Shown here piece by piece: positions 13,425 through 26,267 of a stretch of 64,000 nucleotides of DNA (positions within the stretch are counted from its first letter, which is position 1; each line of letters opens with the position of its first letter). Location: the NCBI GenBank assembly GCA_000165425.1, contig CT868274.1, positions 124,001 through 188,000 of the forward strand, read 5' to 3'. Under the pieces are notes generated by a model. It searched no databases, was not told the origin of the DNA, and worked only from the letters and a program-made list of their open reading frames with translations. A program made the position numbers and the translations under genes. The DNA is from Paramecium tetraurelia (Eukaryota).

Positions 13425-13815
13425 TCAATCAAATAAACCTCCCATATCAACATCTTCTTCTGGTTCTTCAGCCTTCTTAACCTCCTTTGCAGGTTCAGCT
13501 TTCTTAGTTTCTACTGCAGCTGGTGTTGCTGTAGCTTATGCTGCTGGTGTGCTTCCTGCATTTCCACTGCTTCCATGTAATAAATCACCAACTTTTTTCC
13601 CTTTCAATGCCTTTTCAAAAACCTTAGTCCAAATTGGTTCAACTCTCAAATTAGCTGCCTTAATGATCTTAGCTAATTTAGTTGAATCGATCTGATTAGA
13701 TAGATTCATGTACATCTTGATTATCTTCATACAAGATGAGAGCAGCATAAGTGCATGCAGTCTCTGAAGTAGCTTAGTCTGCAATTGGTCTAGTGTCTTT
13801 AGCTGCTTTTGCCAT
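13425..13815 (-). CDS. RPLP1: 60S acidic ribosomal protein P1
   Basis: ETACTYAALILYED, IIKAANLRVEPIWTKVFEKAL, an Ala-rich hinge and the C-terminal EEDVDMGGLFD*. One 22-nt intron. Confidence 0.95.
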
Positions 13816-14262
13816 TCAATTTTAAATATAATTATTAAAAAGATATAAATTTTTATGTATGCATATTACTCTATCTCTATTTTCATTGTAGAATTCCTTT
13901 TTTCATATATATATTGAAATATAATAAACTTAGGAATTCAAAATCTATTAACATAAAAGAATAATCACAATTCCATTATATCATTTTTAATAATACTTAT
14001 CCTGGAATTAAATAATACCATAAACAAATACCAACTTATATTCATCTAACAATTAGGTTTCTGTCTATAATTTGCAAACAAATAAAAATATTAATTTTTT
14101 TTCATAACTTAACTTGGCTTCTCGTGGTCGACATTTATAATTTGATCATCTTGTTACTTAGAGGCATAGATATTTACAAAAAAGGGCTTTCTCATTTCAG
14201 GAGTATATTGTATATATACATTATTATTATATAATTAATTCAATCAATTAATTATATTAATA

Positions 14263-14605
14263 ATGAATTAATTTATACTTCCCTATTGCCCAAAATATCA
14301 TCAATTGAAATGGAAGAGTGAAGTTATACAGAGCTGCCTCATTTGTTTTAAATCAAAAAAGGGATCGTAATATTATTGTACAGAATGCAAATAAGGAGTT
14401 TGCAATGATTGTATTAAACCTCCTCTTGATGGATTTTATTGTGGTGGCAATCATAGGTAGTTTGGATTATCTATTTAGAATGTAATTTATGAGTAATTTG
14501 CCACATCATAGTTGTGATTTGTGTGGAAAATCTATATCATAAGCATATTCGTGTAGAGCGTGTGATTTTGATATTTGTGAAAATTGCAGATAACTTGATG
14601 ATTGA
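14263..14605 (+). CDS. Small protein of two tandem Cys/His-rich (C1-like/ZZ-like) zinc-binding modules
   Basis: CPKYHQL..CLIC..YYCTECKQGVCNDC then CGGNHRM..CDLC..YSCRACDFDICENC. One 22-nt intron. TGA at 14603-14605. Confidence 0.75.
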
Positions 14606-15932
14606 TTTGAATGTACGCATAACTTTTTAATAATTGTTTAAATTAATTCTTACCTGAACTTCTATAAATCAGAAATAATCCCAATATGACAAAGTTTAAA
14701 ATTGTATAAATTTTAAATTTAGTTTGGATATGTAACAGCCAATAATTATTGTCTTCCATTTTTCATATTCAACATTGATTACAATTGATATCAATAATAA
14801 TATTTAAAGTGTTGACTATAATAAAAAAACAAAGCTAATGATTTTAACTACAAATCGTCGTAAGCAGAAATATGAATATTAAATTTGTTTTAGACTTCAT
14901 CCAAGATAAAATTATGGAAATTGTATTTATAATTTAGATCTGAAATTTTGATAAAATAAGTGACCAATAAATATGTGAAAAAACTTGAATAATAATTTGA
15001 ATCAATTTTGATGAATGCAATAATCAATTGGATATTAGAAGGGTTGAAATAAGAGTGCAATAGCTCTTTAATTGTAAGTTATTTGTTTAAGATAATCAAA
15101 ATCAAATTTAGATTGCAAGAATAATTATAATATTAGAAACTAAGTATAAGACTATATCAATTCTTGGATTGAAGATTAAAACATCATAATCTGAAATTCC
15201 ACATCATTTAAATGGATTCTTAAGTTACAAATTAAAAATATCGCCATTATTGATAAATTAATCATTTTCTTAGAATATATACATGATTTGGTAATAAACA
15301 ATTGACTGTACATTTATTTAGATGAGTCATGATATCCTTAAGATCAAAATTTATACTCAAAATCTTTGCACATATTTTAAACCTGAGAATTATAAAATTA
15401 AAGCTTATTATCTCGAAAACAGTAAGAAGTTAACCAAAAAGCTATTCTTATTGTTGATTGACATCCATAAACTAAGTGCAATCACAATAGAAATTTATAG
15501 TCTAGAAATAGTCTATGGAACTATTGAATAATAAATTTGAAATTTAAATTATATATACCTCCAAAAAAATGAAAAAAAATAAATTTATATGGTCATATAT
15601 TTTAATAGTTAAATTATAAAAGAAATTCATTCTAAACTAAATTAAGAAATTTTAGGACTAAAATTCTAAGAAGAGTAAAATACAAACCCACTAAAATTAA
15701 AAACAAATTTTAGAGTGTTCTTAAATTTGATAATATCCTAAGACAGCAAAGGAGTTACAAATATGATGTGAAGAGAATCATAGTGATTTGATCTAACTTA
15801 ATATCTATATTGCACATCAAATTCATATTTGTTTCTCTAAATGAATAGAATAAAATATCAATTAAGTTATTCGCTTCCAAATTAATAAGACTTAAAACAA
15901 TTTTTATAATTTATTTGTCAAATAGAATAAAA

Positions 15933-16589
15933 TCAATTCAACAACAATTCAACTTTTGCATTCGTCACTTGAATTTGTCTATTAACTTGACAATTTTGTA
16001 ATGGTTAAATCTTTTAGCTTGGAACAGTATCTAGCTTTTGCCTTAATTTCTCTGACTAAATTTCTTACTCATATTGATTTAAGGTATCTTCTATTTCTTA
16101 CTTATCAATAAACTTATTCTCCATCTCTTGGAATATATCATCTGTTTCTTTTTAAGTTTCTAAGAACTCTTACCAATTTTATAAACTTTCAGTTAGTTAA
16201 TCGTTTACATCTTATGAGTTTTTAAATAAACTTGTTGCTTACTCCATCACAAGACTTAAATCTTAATCCTAACTTATCGTTTCTAGTTTAATCTTCATTT
16301 GGATTATGATATTGACTTTTTGATGATACTGTGAGATTTATTTTTTGAGAGTTTACATTTCCATGATGCATCCTTTTGCAGCACTTTTTTTGCCATCAGA
16401 AATATATCTTTTACATTATTTATCCAGCTACTCAAGTTTTTCACAATATTTTTCTATAATTCTCTCCAAGTCACTTTGTTTACATTCTAATTATCTCATA
16501 GCTTTTTCTGCATTCAAAGAATTTGAGTCTTATGTTTTTTGAGAGTCTTGGGAACTATTGGATGTTGATTTTTTGAATCCTTTAAACAT
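15933..16589 (-). CDS. Snf7/ESCRT-III family-like coiled-coil protein
   Basis: Intronless ORF of about 218 aa. Basic N-half (AMRQLECKQSDLERII...ISDGKKSAAKGCIMEMQTLKKQI) and acidic C-half (EIEDTLNQYEQEI...LDTVPSQKI), which is the typical Snf7 layout. Confidence 0.6.
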
Positions 16590-16676
16590 TAATTATTGAA
16601 GCAAATTTTTAAATCTTGATTATGAAACACTATAAATAGAATAAAATATGATATTTTAAAATAATTGTTCTTATAT

Positions 16677-17361
16677 TCAATTTTATAAAAACGATTAAAC
16701 TTAACTTATTTGAGCTTGCTAAATTCTGTGATTATTATGAGAATAATCGGCTTTCAATTCTTCAAAAGGATAGGCCGCATTTGGAGGGGCATAAGTTTTC
16801 TCTACTTGTTAAACTTTATCTTTATTTAGATTCAAATCATGATTTGGATTTGTAATATGTTCTCTATCTTTTTTTCGAACAACTAGTTATTCTTTATAAT
16901 CCTCTTCATTCTCTTCCTCTTCTAAATCTTAAATATTTTATAATCTTTCTCTTTCCTCATCTTTTTCCTTAATTATTGCATTAATTAACTTCTCTTATTA
17001 TTTTATGTTTTGATTTTTTTCTTTCTGTTGTTGTATTTGTTTTTCTTTTAGTAAATTTTATTCTTTTAGAGTTTTATTGTTTTTCATAACCTGCTCAAGT
17101 GCTGCAACAGTTTTTTTTCTACTTTTCGTCTCATTTACAAGTATTCTTTTTTCTTTTGATAATTGTTATAATTCTATGATTATTTTTATGAATACCTAAT
17201 TCCTTTAAATCGGCTTCATCAAATCTTCCTTCATCATCCAATATTTCTATTTCTTTAATTAACTGCTTAATTTATTAAGTTAATTTTTTTAACTTTATTT
17301 CCACTTTTCTCAAATTAAGTTTTATTTTGTCTAATCTGCTTTTCATCGCTACACACCCCAT
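16677..17361 (-). CDS. Coiled-coil protein with N-terminal MGC acylation motif (possibly divergent ESCRT-III/Vps20-like)
   Basis: MGCVAMKSRLDKIKLNLRKVEIKLKKLTQQIKQLIKE...; one 22-nt intron; open to TGA at 16677. Confidence 0.55.
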
Positions 17362-17602
17362 TAATAATTATTGTTTTCTGATTGCTTTTTTTTGAAACTT
17401 AAACCGAATTTTATTCTATTATAGTTATAAAATTATAATTACAATTTTGATGATTTTTAATTTAATGGATTAGGATAGTATAGAATGACAAATATTGAAA
17501 ACGCATTATCTAAATTAAAAGAGATTAAACATTCATCAATTATTATAATATATAAGAATTTCTAATTTCTCATGACTTAATAGATAAATATTATATATGA
17601 AT

Positions 17603-18621
17603 TCATTATGGAACTTAATTGATATCTTCTAGGTTTTACTCATTATTCTCTTCTTCAGCATAACTTTTTCGACACACAGGACAATTCAAATTGACCTTAA
17701 ACCAAGCGGAGATGCATATTAAATGATAGTTATGAGATTCATGACAGGGCAATTTTAACACTTCTTCTTCCAATTAATAGGTTTGCATGCAAATTTTGCA
17801 TTCTGGCACCCCTTCAATTAGATTTGGAGAGTATTTAACTAAATACTGTTTCTTAAGTTCTTCTATTATTTAATCTGTATCCTTTTTTCCTTTTGGTTGT
17901 GTTAGTTTTTTGTAAATCAAAAACATTGCAACAAAAGGCAAGGCAATCAAAATTATGATTATTAAAATATAGACATCCAGGTAGTAGCATATTGTATAAA
18001 ATAAGAATATGTAAATGGCTATTATAAGTCTGCTCCTACAGTCACTATTCAAATCATATGGAATTTCAAATCCGAGTATGAATCCCCATATTAACAATCC
18101 TTAATTGATTATAAATACGAGATGTCTAGAGTGTTTAAGAGGAGAGTGAATTTTGAAAATTTCTTATAAAACTTATTAAGCCAACAATACTTTTTTTTTT
18201 TCAAACTCCCTTTCAGGAATCTATGTAGTTTAGTCATCAATAGAATTGGCTAAGAATTCGGATATGTCCCCGTAACTCTCAATTTACGAATTTTCAGCAT
18301 ATATAACCTAATGTAATTCTTCACCAACATTCAAGAGTGTAGGCTAAGTTTTGATATGCTAAATACTGTTATTTTAATCAATTGAATTATAACTGAAAAT
18401 ATAACTAGTTCTAAAATAGACTCTCCTATCACTATTGTCATCCAAGTGTTTGCACCTTCCCATACACAAGATTATGTTGCATTAATAGTTAATAAAATAA
18501 CAGCGATTATGATTTTGCATATGCAGTAAACAATATGTCCAATGGATATTTTTTTACAAGATTTAATACTTTAGCAAAACAAAGACGTAATTCTCCTATT
18601 TTCAATCAATTATTATTCCAT
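17603..18621 (-). CDS. Multi-pass membrane RING-H2 E3 ubiquitin ligase
   Basis: Hydrophobic segments followed by ECKICMQTY...LKLPCHESHNYHLICISAWFKVNLNCPVCRK. Confidence 0.85.
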
Positions 18622-18939
18622 TGATTATATAATTAATATAATGTCTATTAAGATTTTAAATGAATATTTTTAAGAAATTCAATATAACACATAAAGATGA
18701 ATAGTTTGTATATTGTTAATTATTAATACTTGTACGATAATACTTGTTTATGTTATATGAAATTATGGAATGGATTAAATAAAAGAATAGCGATTGAATT
18801 ATTTGATTTATTTTGTAAAAACTAAAATATTAGTTATAAACTATCAATAAATACATAACTTAAATGATACAGGCCAAGAACAAATTTTGAAATGGAAAAA
18901 TTATAAAATTTAAATAATTTCCTTGAGATTATTATTATT

Positions 18940-20307
18940 CATATGGATTTCTACCAAGCTATAGAATAATTATTTTCTATGATAATTTGGTCATGTTTAT
19001 AGTCATTTTACCATAATATAGTTGGGTAACAATATTTTAATTTCATTAACTTCAGGTTTGAGTAAGAATTAATAGATAAGAATTTTGATTATTAAAGGAT
19101 GGTTAGAATAATAGTCATATATATCGTTAAGATTTCTTAATGGAATATATTTTAAACCTCTGCTTTATCCTTACTAGTTTTTATTCATTTTGTTATAAAA
19201 TTTTGTAAATAAAAGCTGATTTTTAGAGTTTCTAAATCCTTATTAAAATCTGCAATACTTTATCAAATATTTTAGAAGCAATTCTTGATTTAAACAATAA
19301 AATTACTAAATTCTTCAGTTCTTAATACTCTCTTTATATTTTTTTGAGGATTTGTTATATAAACAACACTAAATTTCTAATAGGTTGTGATATGATACAA
19401 AAGGCTCAATTCATTCTACCAATTATAAATTACAAAATCTAAATATTCATTACAATTATGGTAGCCATAACTTATTGGCATACTCCTTTATCTTTAATTT
19501 CAAAAACAATAGGTTTTTCATATCAATTTCTACAATAAATTTGGGAGCTCACTCAAATCTCATTATCCAATTAGACAAATTTATGAAAGTCATTCAAATT
19601 AGCAATTATAGGAAATCTATTTTCAAATTCTTCTCTTCAATATTTTGTCAGTCATCGAATGTTCTTTTAAAGATTTCTGGATCTCCTTCTGTATGAATGC
19701 AGAAGTGGGTTTTCCTAGATGATCAAATACTTTCTTGTTAATAAGGAAACTATTGAAAATATTACTAAACATGAATCAACTAAGCAAGCAGAAAATCTAT
19801 CTGAGTGCATTGGAAATTGTAGTTCTAGCAATTTGATTTTCCTCATAAATATACATTTGGATGAATAAGAGAATATTAATAAGATCTTATCATTTATATT
19901 ATAATTTTTAACATGAGCCTTCAATTTCAATACTAAACTAGTTTTTTTATCTAATAGGCACTCCTATTTTTATATCGTAAGAGTTTCTATCTTAGGCACT
20001 TTTAAGGCACTATATATAGAATTAAAGTTCATACATCCAGATGGTACTTCAGTGGATCGCCATTGTAGTTTTTCTTTTTGGAGATCAAAATAGTATTAGT
20101 TTAAGCAAGATTAACTTAATATGTAAGCTCCTTACCTTCATTTGTTATGTTTGAATCTGTGAATATAGCTCCTGTATTATTTAATTTTTAAGCTGAGAAA
20201 TTAACCACTTCTTCTGAATATCTTCTAGCTACATCACACGTTTTTTAAGTGCATATATAAGTTTCCCTTTAGGGTCTCTTGCTGTTCTTTCCTCCGCAAA
20301 CTCCCAT
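18940..20307 (-). pseudogene. Divergent or decayed gene with MGVC N-terminus (3' boundary approximate)
   Basis: Clean 5' ORF MGVCGGKNSKRPQRE... with an intron near 20010-20034. Downstream I could not keep any frame open without TGA stops or shifts. Confidence 0.3.
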
Positions 20308-20349
20308 ATAAAATAAATAAAAATTTAAATATTTAGATATTAATTTTTA

Positions 20350-20954
20350 ATGGTTAATCTCCGTCTCTAAAAAAGATTAGCAGCCACATAGTTGAAGGTT
20401 GGTGTGAACAGAGTTTGGTTGGATCCAAATGAAGCTAGTGAAATCAGTCTGGCAAATTCAAGAATGTCAATTAGAAAATTAATTAAGGATGGACTTATAA
20501 TGAGAAGATTGAGAACAATCCATTCAAGAGCTAGAGCAAGAAGATTCCTTGAAGCCAAAAGAAGAGGTATTTGAGTTATCATATTCATTCATTTAGGCAG
20601 ACACACTGGTACTGGTAAGAGAAGAGGTACCAGAGAGGCTAGAATGCCAACCAAAATACTTTGGATTCGTAGATAAAGAGTTTTGAGAAGATTATTAAGA
20701 AAATATAGAGCTGCCAAGAAGATTGATAGATAATAGTAAGGGATTTATATAATATTTTGCCTAGATATCATGAATTCTATTTGGCCTCAAAGGGTAATCA
20801 ATACAAAAACAAGAAAGTGCTTATTGAAGCAATTCACGAAACAAAATAGGAGAAAGTTAGAGTGGATAAAATTGAGAAGGAACAAAATGATAGAAGAGAA
20901 AAGAACAAAGCCTAAAGAGTCAAGAAAACCTAAAGCAAGTTCGCAGCTGAATGA
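20350..20954 (+). CDS. RPL19: 60S ribosomal protein L19 (eL19)
   Basis: [28 protein letters not shown]...[18 protein letters not shown]. Two introns (about 20567-20596 and 20736-20764). Confidence 0.97.
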
Positions 20955-21063
20955 TGTTTAAAGCATTTGCATAGTACAATATATATATCTATATAATTTC
21001 CTACATATTAAGTTTGATTTCTATTTTTTTATATTAAAAAAGATTTAAAATTTTTTTAGGTGA

Positions 21064-21619
21064 ATGGTATGTTAAGCAATTTAATTTAGGCTGACACTAA
21101 AGTTTAACCTGCTGTTTAATAAGCTAAGGCAAAGAAAGGAAAAAAGAATTAAGGAGAAGATCAACCTTAATAAGTAGTAGCCACATTGGGACCAAATGTC
21201 GCTGGAAATGAATTAGTTTTCGGAGTTGCTCACATTCTCTCTACTTGGAATGATACCTTTATCCACATTACAGATTTGACTGGCAGAGAAACACTTGCAA
21301 GAGTCACAGGAGGAATGAAAGTCAAATCAGACAGAGAAGAATCTTCACCATATGCAGCTATGCAAGCAGCCAAAGATGTTTATGAGAAGTTGAAAACACT
21401 TAAAATTAATGCTTTACATATTAAACTGAGAGCCAGAGGAGGTATTTACCTAAATCATTTCAATCCGGGTGTGATACCAAATAACCAGGACCAGGAGCTT
21501 AGGCTGCTCTCAGAGCTCTAGCTCGTTTGGGATTAAAAATTGGTAGAATTGAAGATGTCACACCTATTCCAACAGATTCAACTAGAAGACCAGGAGGTAG
21601 AAGAGGAAGAAGATTATGA
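21064..21619 (+). CDS. RPS14: 40S ribosomal protein S14 (uS11)
   Basis: [25 protein letters not shown]...[18 protein letters not shown]...[14 protein letters not shown]...[23 protein letters not shown]. An intron sits directly after the ATG, and the second intron lacks a canonical AG. Confidence 0.97.
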
Positions 21620-21771
21620 AGAGTAAAATTACATTACATTATTCAAACAAATAAACAATCCATTCTATTTTCTAGTCATCATCTGCGAACTCTAGAATTC
21701 AATTCATCAATTATAATACTTTATGAGAATTATGATTTTAATTATTAAAATATCACTTGTTATTTTAATTA

Positions 21772-22177
21772 ATGTCAAATTCGAATACTAAAATATAAAG
21801 CTAAACTGATATGAAATAGAAACTATTAAATATTTTATCAGAGAAGAATAGTAAGGTCACATCTTAACAAAAGCCATGTTCAAGTCTAGACTATTACTCA
21901 TTGCAAAGGAAATTGTCATAACGATCACACAAATTGCCTGTTGAAATGACTAAATTCGAAAGAGAGAGATGGTTGTTTGAAATGCTCAACACTTAAGACT
22001 TGGCACAATAAGTATGAATATATTGGTGAAGTTAAGGAATAAGAATTGAAGGAAATATATGTAAGAACAACCAAATTGATTACAAGGTATCGTAATAAAG
22101 AAATCAAATGGAATAAAAAAAAAGAGGCATTGTAAAATGAGATTGACTTACTTCGTTCATTATTAGAATAATCTTGA
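21772..22177 (+). CDS. Small hypothetical coiled-coil protein (one frame discontinuity near 21955)
   Basis: The ATG-led frame and a +1 frame ending ALQNEIDLLRSLLEQS* overlap without an evident intron. Confidence 0.3.
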
Positions 22178-23534
22178 ATAAATAATTGATTGCTTCCTTT
22201 AAATTAAAATAAATTGCATTTATCTTATCACTATTCCTTTTGAAAATTTAACTTTTTATAGATGAAATTACTTTGTATTGCTGAACCATCATCTGAAATT
22301 AATTATCAAATTAGATGTTTTAAATGATGAAGTTTTTTGAATTAATACTACTTCCTTGTAATCCATTATAATATAAATACTCTCTTTGTAACAGGATTTA
22401 AATGTATTAAAACATAGACTTAAGAAAATATATTATGAGGAACTCAAATTAACAGTTTTAAGAATCTATATAATAATTACTTCTGAGTTTCTTTATTGAG
22501 CACTTTTGATAATATAATTATCTTCTTTTGATTGTGGGATAGCATCATAATTTTTAAATCTAAATAATAATTAGAGGGATTTTCTTTTTCAGACTTAGTA
22601 TTTATTAATTAATTAAAGACTAAATTATCGTATAATAGGCCCTTAAAATATAATTTATATCTCAAATTATCTTTTTTTTTTATCTTCTTCTTATCCTTTT
22701 GAATTACCGTTGTATTCGAAGGCTGATTAAGAACTAAGTCTTGTGCATGAAGAGTTTTGAAAAAGGGCTAAATTAATTCTTCATAGATAAATATATTAGA
22801 TTACAAATACCAATTTTTAATTCTATCAATATGAATTATTTGCTTGTTCTTGTATTTTCTTTAATTTATTTTTAAACTCAATTTAATATTTCTTCTCGTT
22901 AATTCAATTTCATTTTTATTAATTTATTCTAGATGGTGAATTGGTAGAAATGAAACAAGAATTGCTTTCATTGAAGAAAAACATTAAAGAAACTAAAATA
23001 AGATCTCATTATAATGTTTAAACGGCTAAATAATAGGTTTTGAAGGGAATCCATCTATTATGAGTTAAATATATATAGAAGACTTATCCTTCTAATTTTA
23101 AAACACATTATTGACAAATTACAAGAAAACCTCTTAGTATGATAGCTCAATTTGATTTCATATATATTAACTTAGTAATTATTGTTTAATTATATAAGTC
23201 AATCTACTGAAAGAAATGATACTCTATTTTAATTAAAATCATTAAATTCTTTTGAGTTCATTGTTAATCTGTTCGTAGTTTCAATTTATAAATTTTACTT
23301 AAGTCTTTTTCTTGATTTTAATAGAATAAGAAATTTTTAGGATTTTTGAAAAAAACATAATAAAATTTACTTGATGAATGAAGGTTTATATTATCGATTA
23401 TATAAATTCACTATACTTCCATTCTAAAATAGTTTGTGTAAGATTAATAATAATAATTTTAAGTTGTTCCAAATTTTGAGTTATTAATATGGAAAATTAA
23501 ATTACAGTGATTTTGTTTTGATTTTAATAAATAA

Positions 23535-24663
23535 ATGAACTCAGAAAGAATCTCCTACATGACCTGTAGAGATAATTTGGAATAGGACAAATTCTACTCA
23601 GTGTTTGATGATTAATTACGTATATTATTTTATATATATAGCAAATAGGGAATGTCGACCAACTATTTATGTTCGCCCTCAATAGAAGAATAGGAACACG
23701 TTATAATTGAGGAGTATCCAGGAATCTAGCACAGAGCCTTTGCTCTCTAATGGAATATAAGGAACTTAATTATCTGAATTAGTGCCGAGAAAAAGATAGG
23801 TTGTTCCAATCGGACAAGCCAAGAGGAATCGAATCGAAACTTTGTTATTGAGATCGAGGCCATAAAGTAAGGGATTTCAGTAAGAATGTTCTTTGGATAC
23901 TTCTGCTGCATTGATCAAGCTGATGAACAAGAATAGATGGGTTAGATATCTGATGAATCTATACATTTGGTTGAATATTGCGTTAAGAATAGGGTATGTG
24001 GCTATAGTTGTATTTTATGTGATCTAAAATGATTACAATGAAGTTTAGGATGAAAATAGTGAAGAGATTATGACTCAATTTTATTGGTGGATTCCTGGCT
24101 CTTTTATTGGCATTAGAGTAATATTTATATTGATAATCTACAAATTACTTTCAGTAGGTGAGTAGACAAGAGATGGAAGGATTAAAGTTGTTTATGATAC
24201 TTATGAAGCTTGGTTTAATAAGACCATTAACGAGAGGGATCAATTATTGATGAAATGCAATTCTATGGTAATCAGGAATGGACAAGATGAATTGGAATTA
24301 AGGTAACTCTAACAGTAAGTGAATTCTTTAAATCGATGGCTTTTGATACTTAAGACCTATATAGTTTTAATTCCACCTGAGTGTCAATTCATATTTTTAA
24401 AATAAAAAAGCAATGGATTTTTTTAGGTGCAAAATTTTATAATGAAATCATTAGAAATCCTGTTTTTTACGCCCTAATTGATGTATTTCTTATTGATAGA
24501 AGAACCATTGGATTTGGAACTGGATCGTTGGTCAGCTTATGATGTCAATAACATCTGTCTATTAGTACTTTTGGCTGATATCATCTGCTTTGTCTTTATG
24601 ACTCTTTTGTTGATTTGTTTGGGAAACAATAGGAAATATGTTAACAATTTAAGAACAAATTGA
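23535..24663 (+). CDS. Hypothetical multi-pass membrane protein
   Basis: Long open frame with one 22-nt intron and hydrophobic stretches (YIWLNIALRIGYVAIVVFYVI, ICLLVLLADIICFVFMTLLLICL). TGA at 24661-24663. Confidence 0.7.
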
Positions 24664-24949
24664 TTGTAAATAACTATAATTTTATTAAAAAAATACAATA
24701 TAATTCAAATTCACCCACGATGAGCTCTTTTTTAAATGAATGAGTTAATTTATATTACAATCCATTTTCTATGTAACCTAGTTAATTTTCTGATTCAATC
24801 TATAGGAATCAATTTGAGGCTAATTGTAAAGTCTCTAAAATCCATAAACTATATTTTTTATTAAATCATAATTTTTTATTAAAGTAACTCTAAATTTACT
24901 TCGCCAAGTTAAATATTTAATTTTTCACACTACCTAATCATCGTTGTTA

Positions 24950-26267
24950 ATGAAAGCATTACCTAAAAAAAATCAGACCCTTATATACTCCTTATATACT
25001 GATGCGTCTAAAAAGGTTTGACTTTTTTAATTTAATAGTTCCTATTCTTATTTAATATAATTGAGGAGGAAAGCACTGTATATAAATCCTAATCTTTTTA
25101 AGGATTTTGTAAATGAAAGTTGAAGAAAGAGTTTAACTAAATTTACATCTATATACATGATGCAATTAAATCTATAATATTAAAAATATAATAAGTCCAA
25201 TCTAAATGCTTACAGGCAAGGAAGAACAACCCTTATTGCTTTTGAGAGTAATGCGCTTAAAAAAAAGTCTAGTCCAATCGAGGAAATCAAGAAAGCAAGG
25301 AATTGCCAAAGTATTTAAGGAGCACATTCACTGATACCTATTAATTGTCGGAACCGGCTAAAGAGAAAAAAGGCAAAAAGCTATTGCCTCAATATGCTTT
25401 TGGGAACTCTCTGGAGTCTCCTACATATTTCAGGAGTGCAAATACATTGATTTGTAGAGAAAGCTACGACAATCCATTTATCAAGGGACAATTGAAACCG
25501 AAAAGCAAATGGGATTCTCTTCGTAGCAATACCTTGAACAATTATGATTTCTATAACATTTCTGAATAGAAATTTAGCAATTTGCCATCTGAAGGCTATC
25601 AAAATGTAAAATTAGTGAAGTAGAAAATGTCATTTATATAAAAGTACAGTTACAAACCAGGTCAATATTGTGAAGACTCCCAAAGTCAAGAATCAAGATT
25701 ATACCTTCTAATAAGCCTATCGAACATTGTAAAATACAAGTCACTTTGGACGTAAGCATGGTGAGCATTTAAATCAATATATGAATAGAATTGTTTACAG
25801 ATTTCATTGAAAAAAATGATAATTAAAATGTATATGGCCATTTAAATGATCGTTAAAGACCAAAAGGCCATTTGAGAGATGTAAAAAACTTTAGCATGAA
25901 TCCTTAAGAATAGAAACTACAACATAAATACACATTTAATTTCAACATTGCAAGTCCTACTCAGAAATCTCCCAGGAAGTAATAGTTCCCTAGAGTGATA
26001 ATGCCAGATGAATAGGTCGAGAAATATTTTAAAAGAGATTAAAAGTAAAAATGATGCATATACTAAGTTTTCTAAATGCTTTCGGTAATTCAATTATTGC
26101 TACATAAATAGACAATAAAATGAAGCGAAATAAACAAGATAGATATAAGTAAATTTATTTTTATATTTAGTGCTGACCCTGTGGTTTAAGATTATTAAGA
26201 AAATGAAATCGGATTGATAGAAGTATTCGAAAAACATCTAGAATTTGAAAAGCAATATGGAAATTGA
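24950..26267 (+). CDS. Hypothetical protein (start and exon structure uncertain)
   Basis: Extended TGA-free frames with coding-like composition and intron-like GT..AG segments, ending FEKQYGN*. At least one frame discontinuity. Confidence 0.35.
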
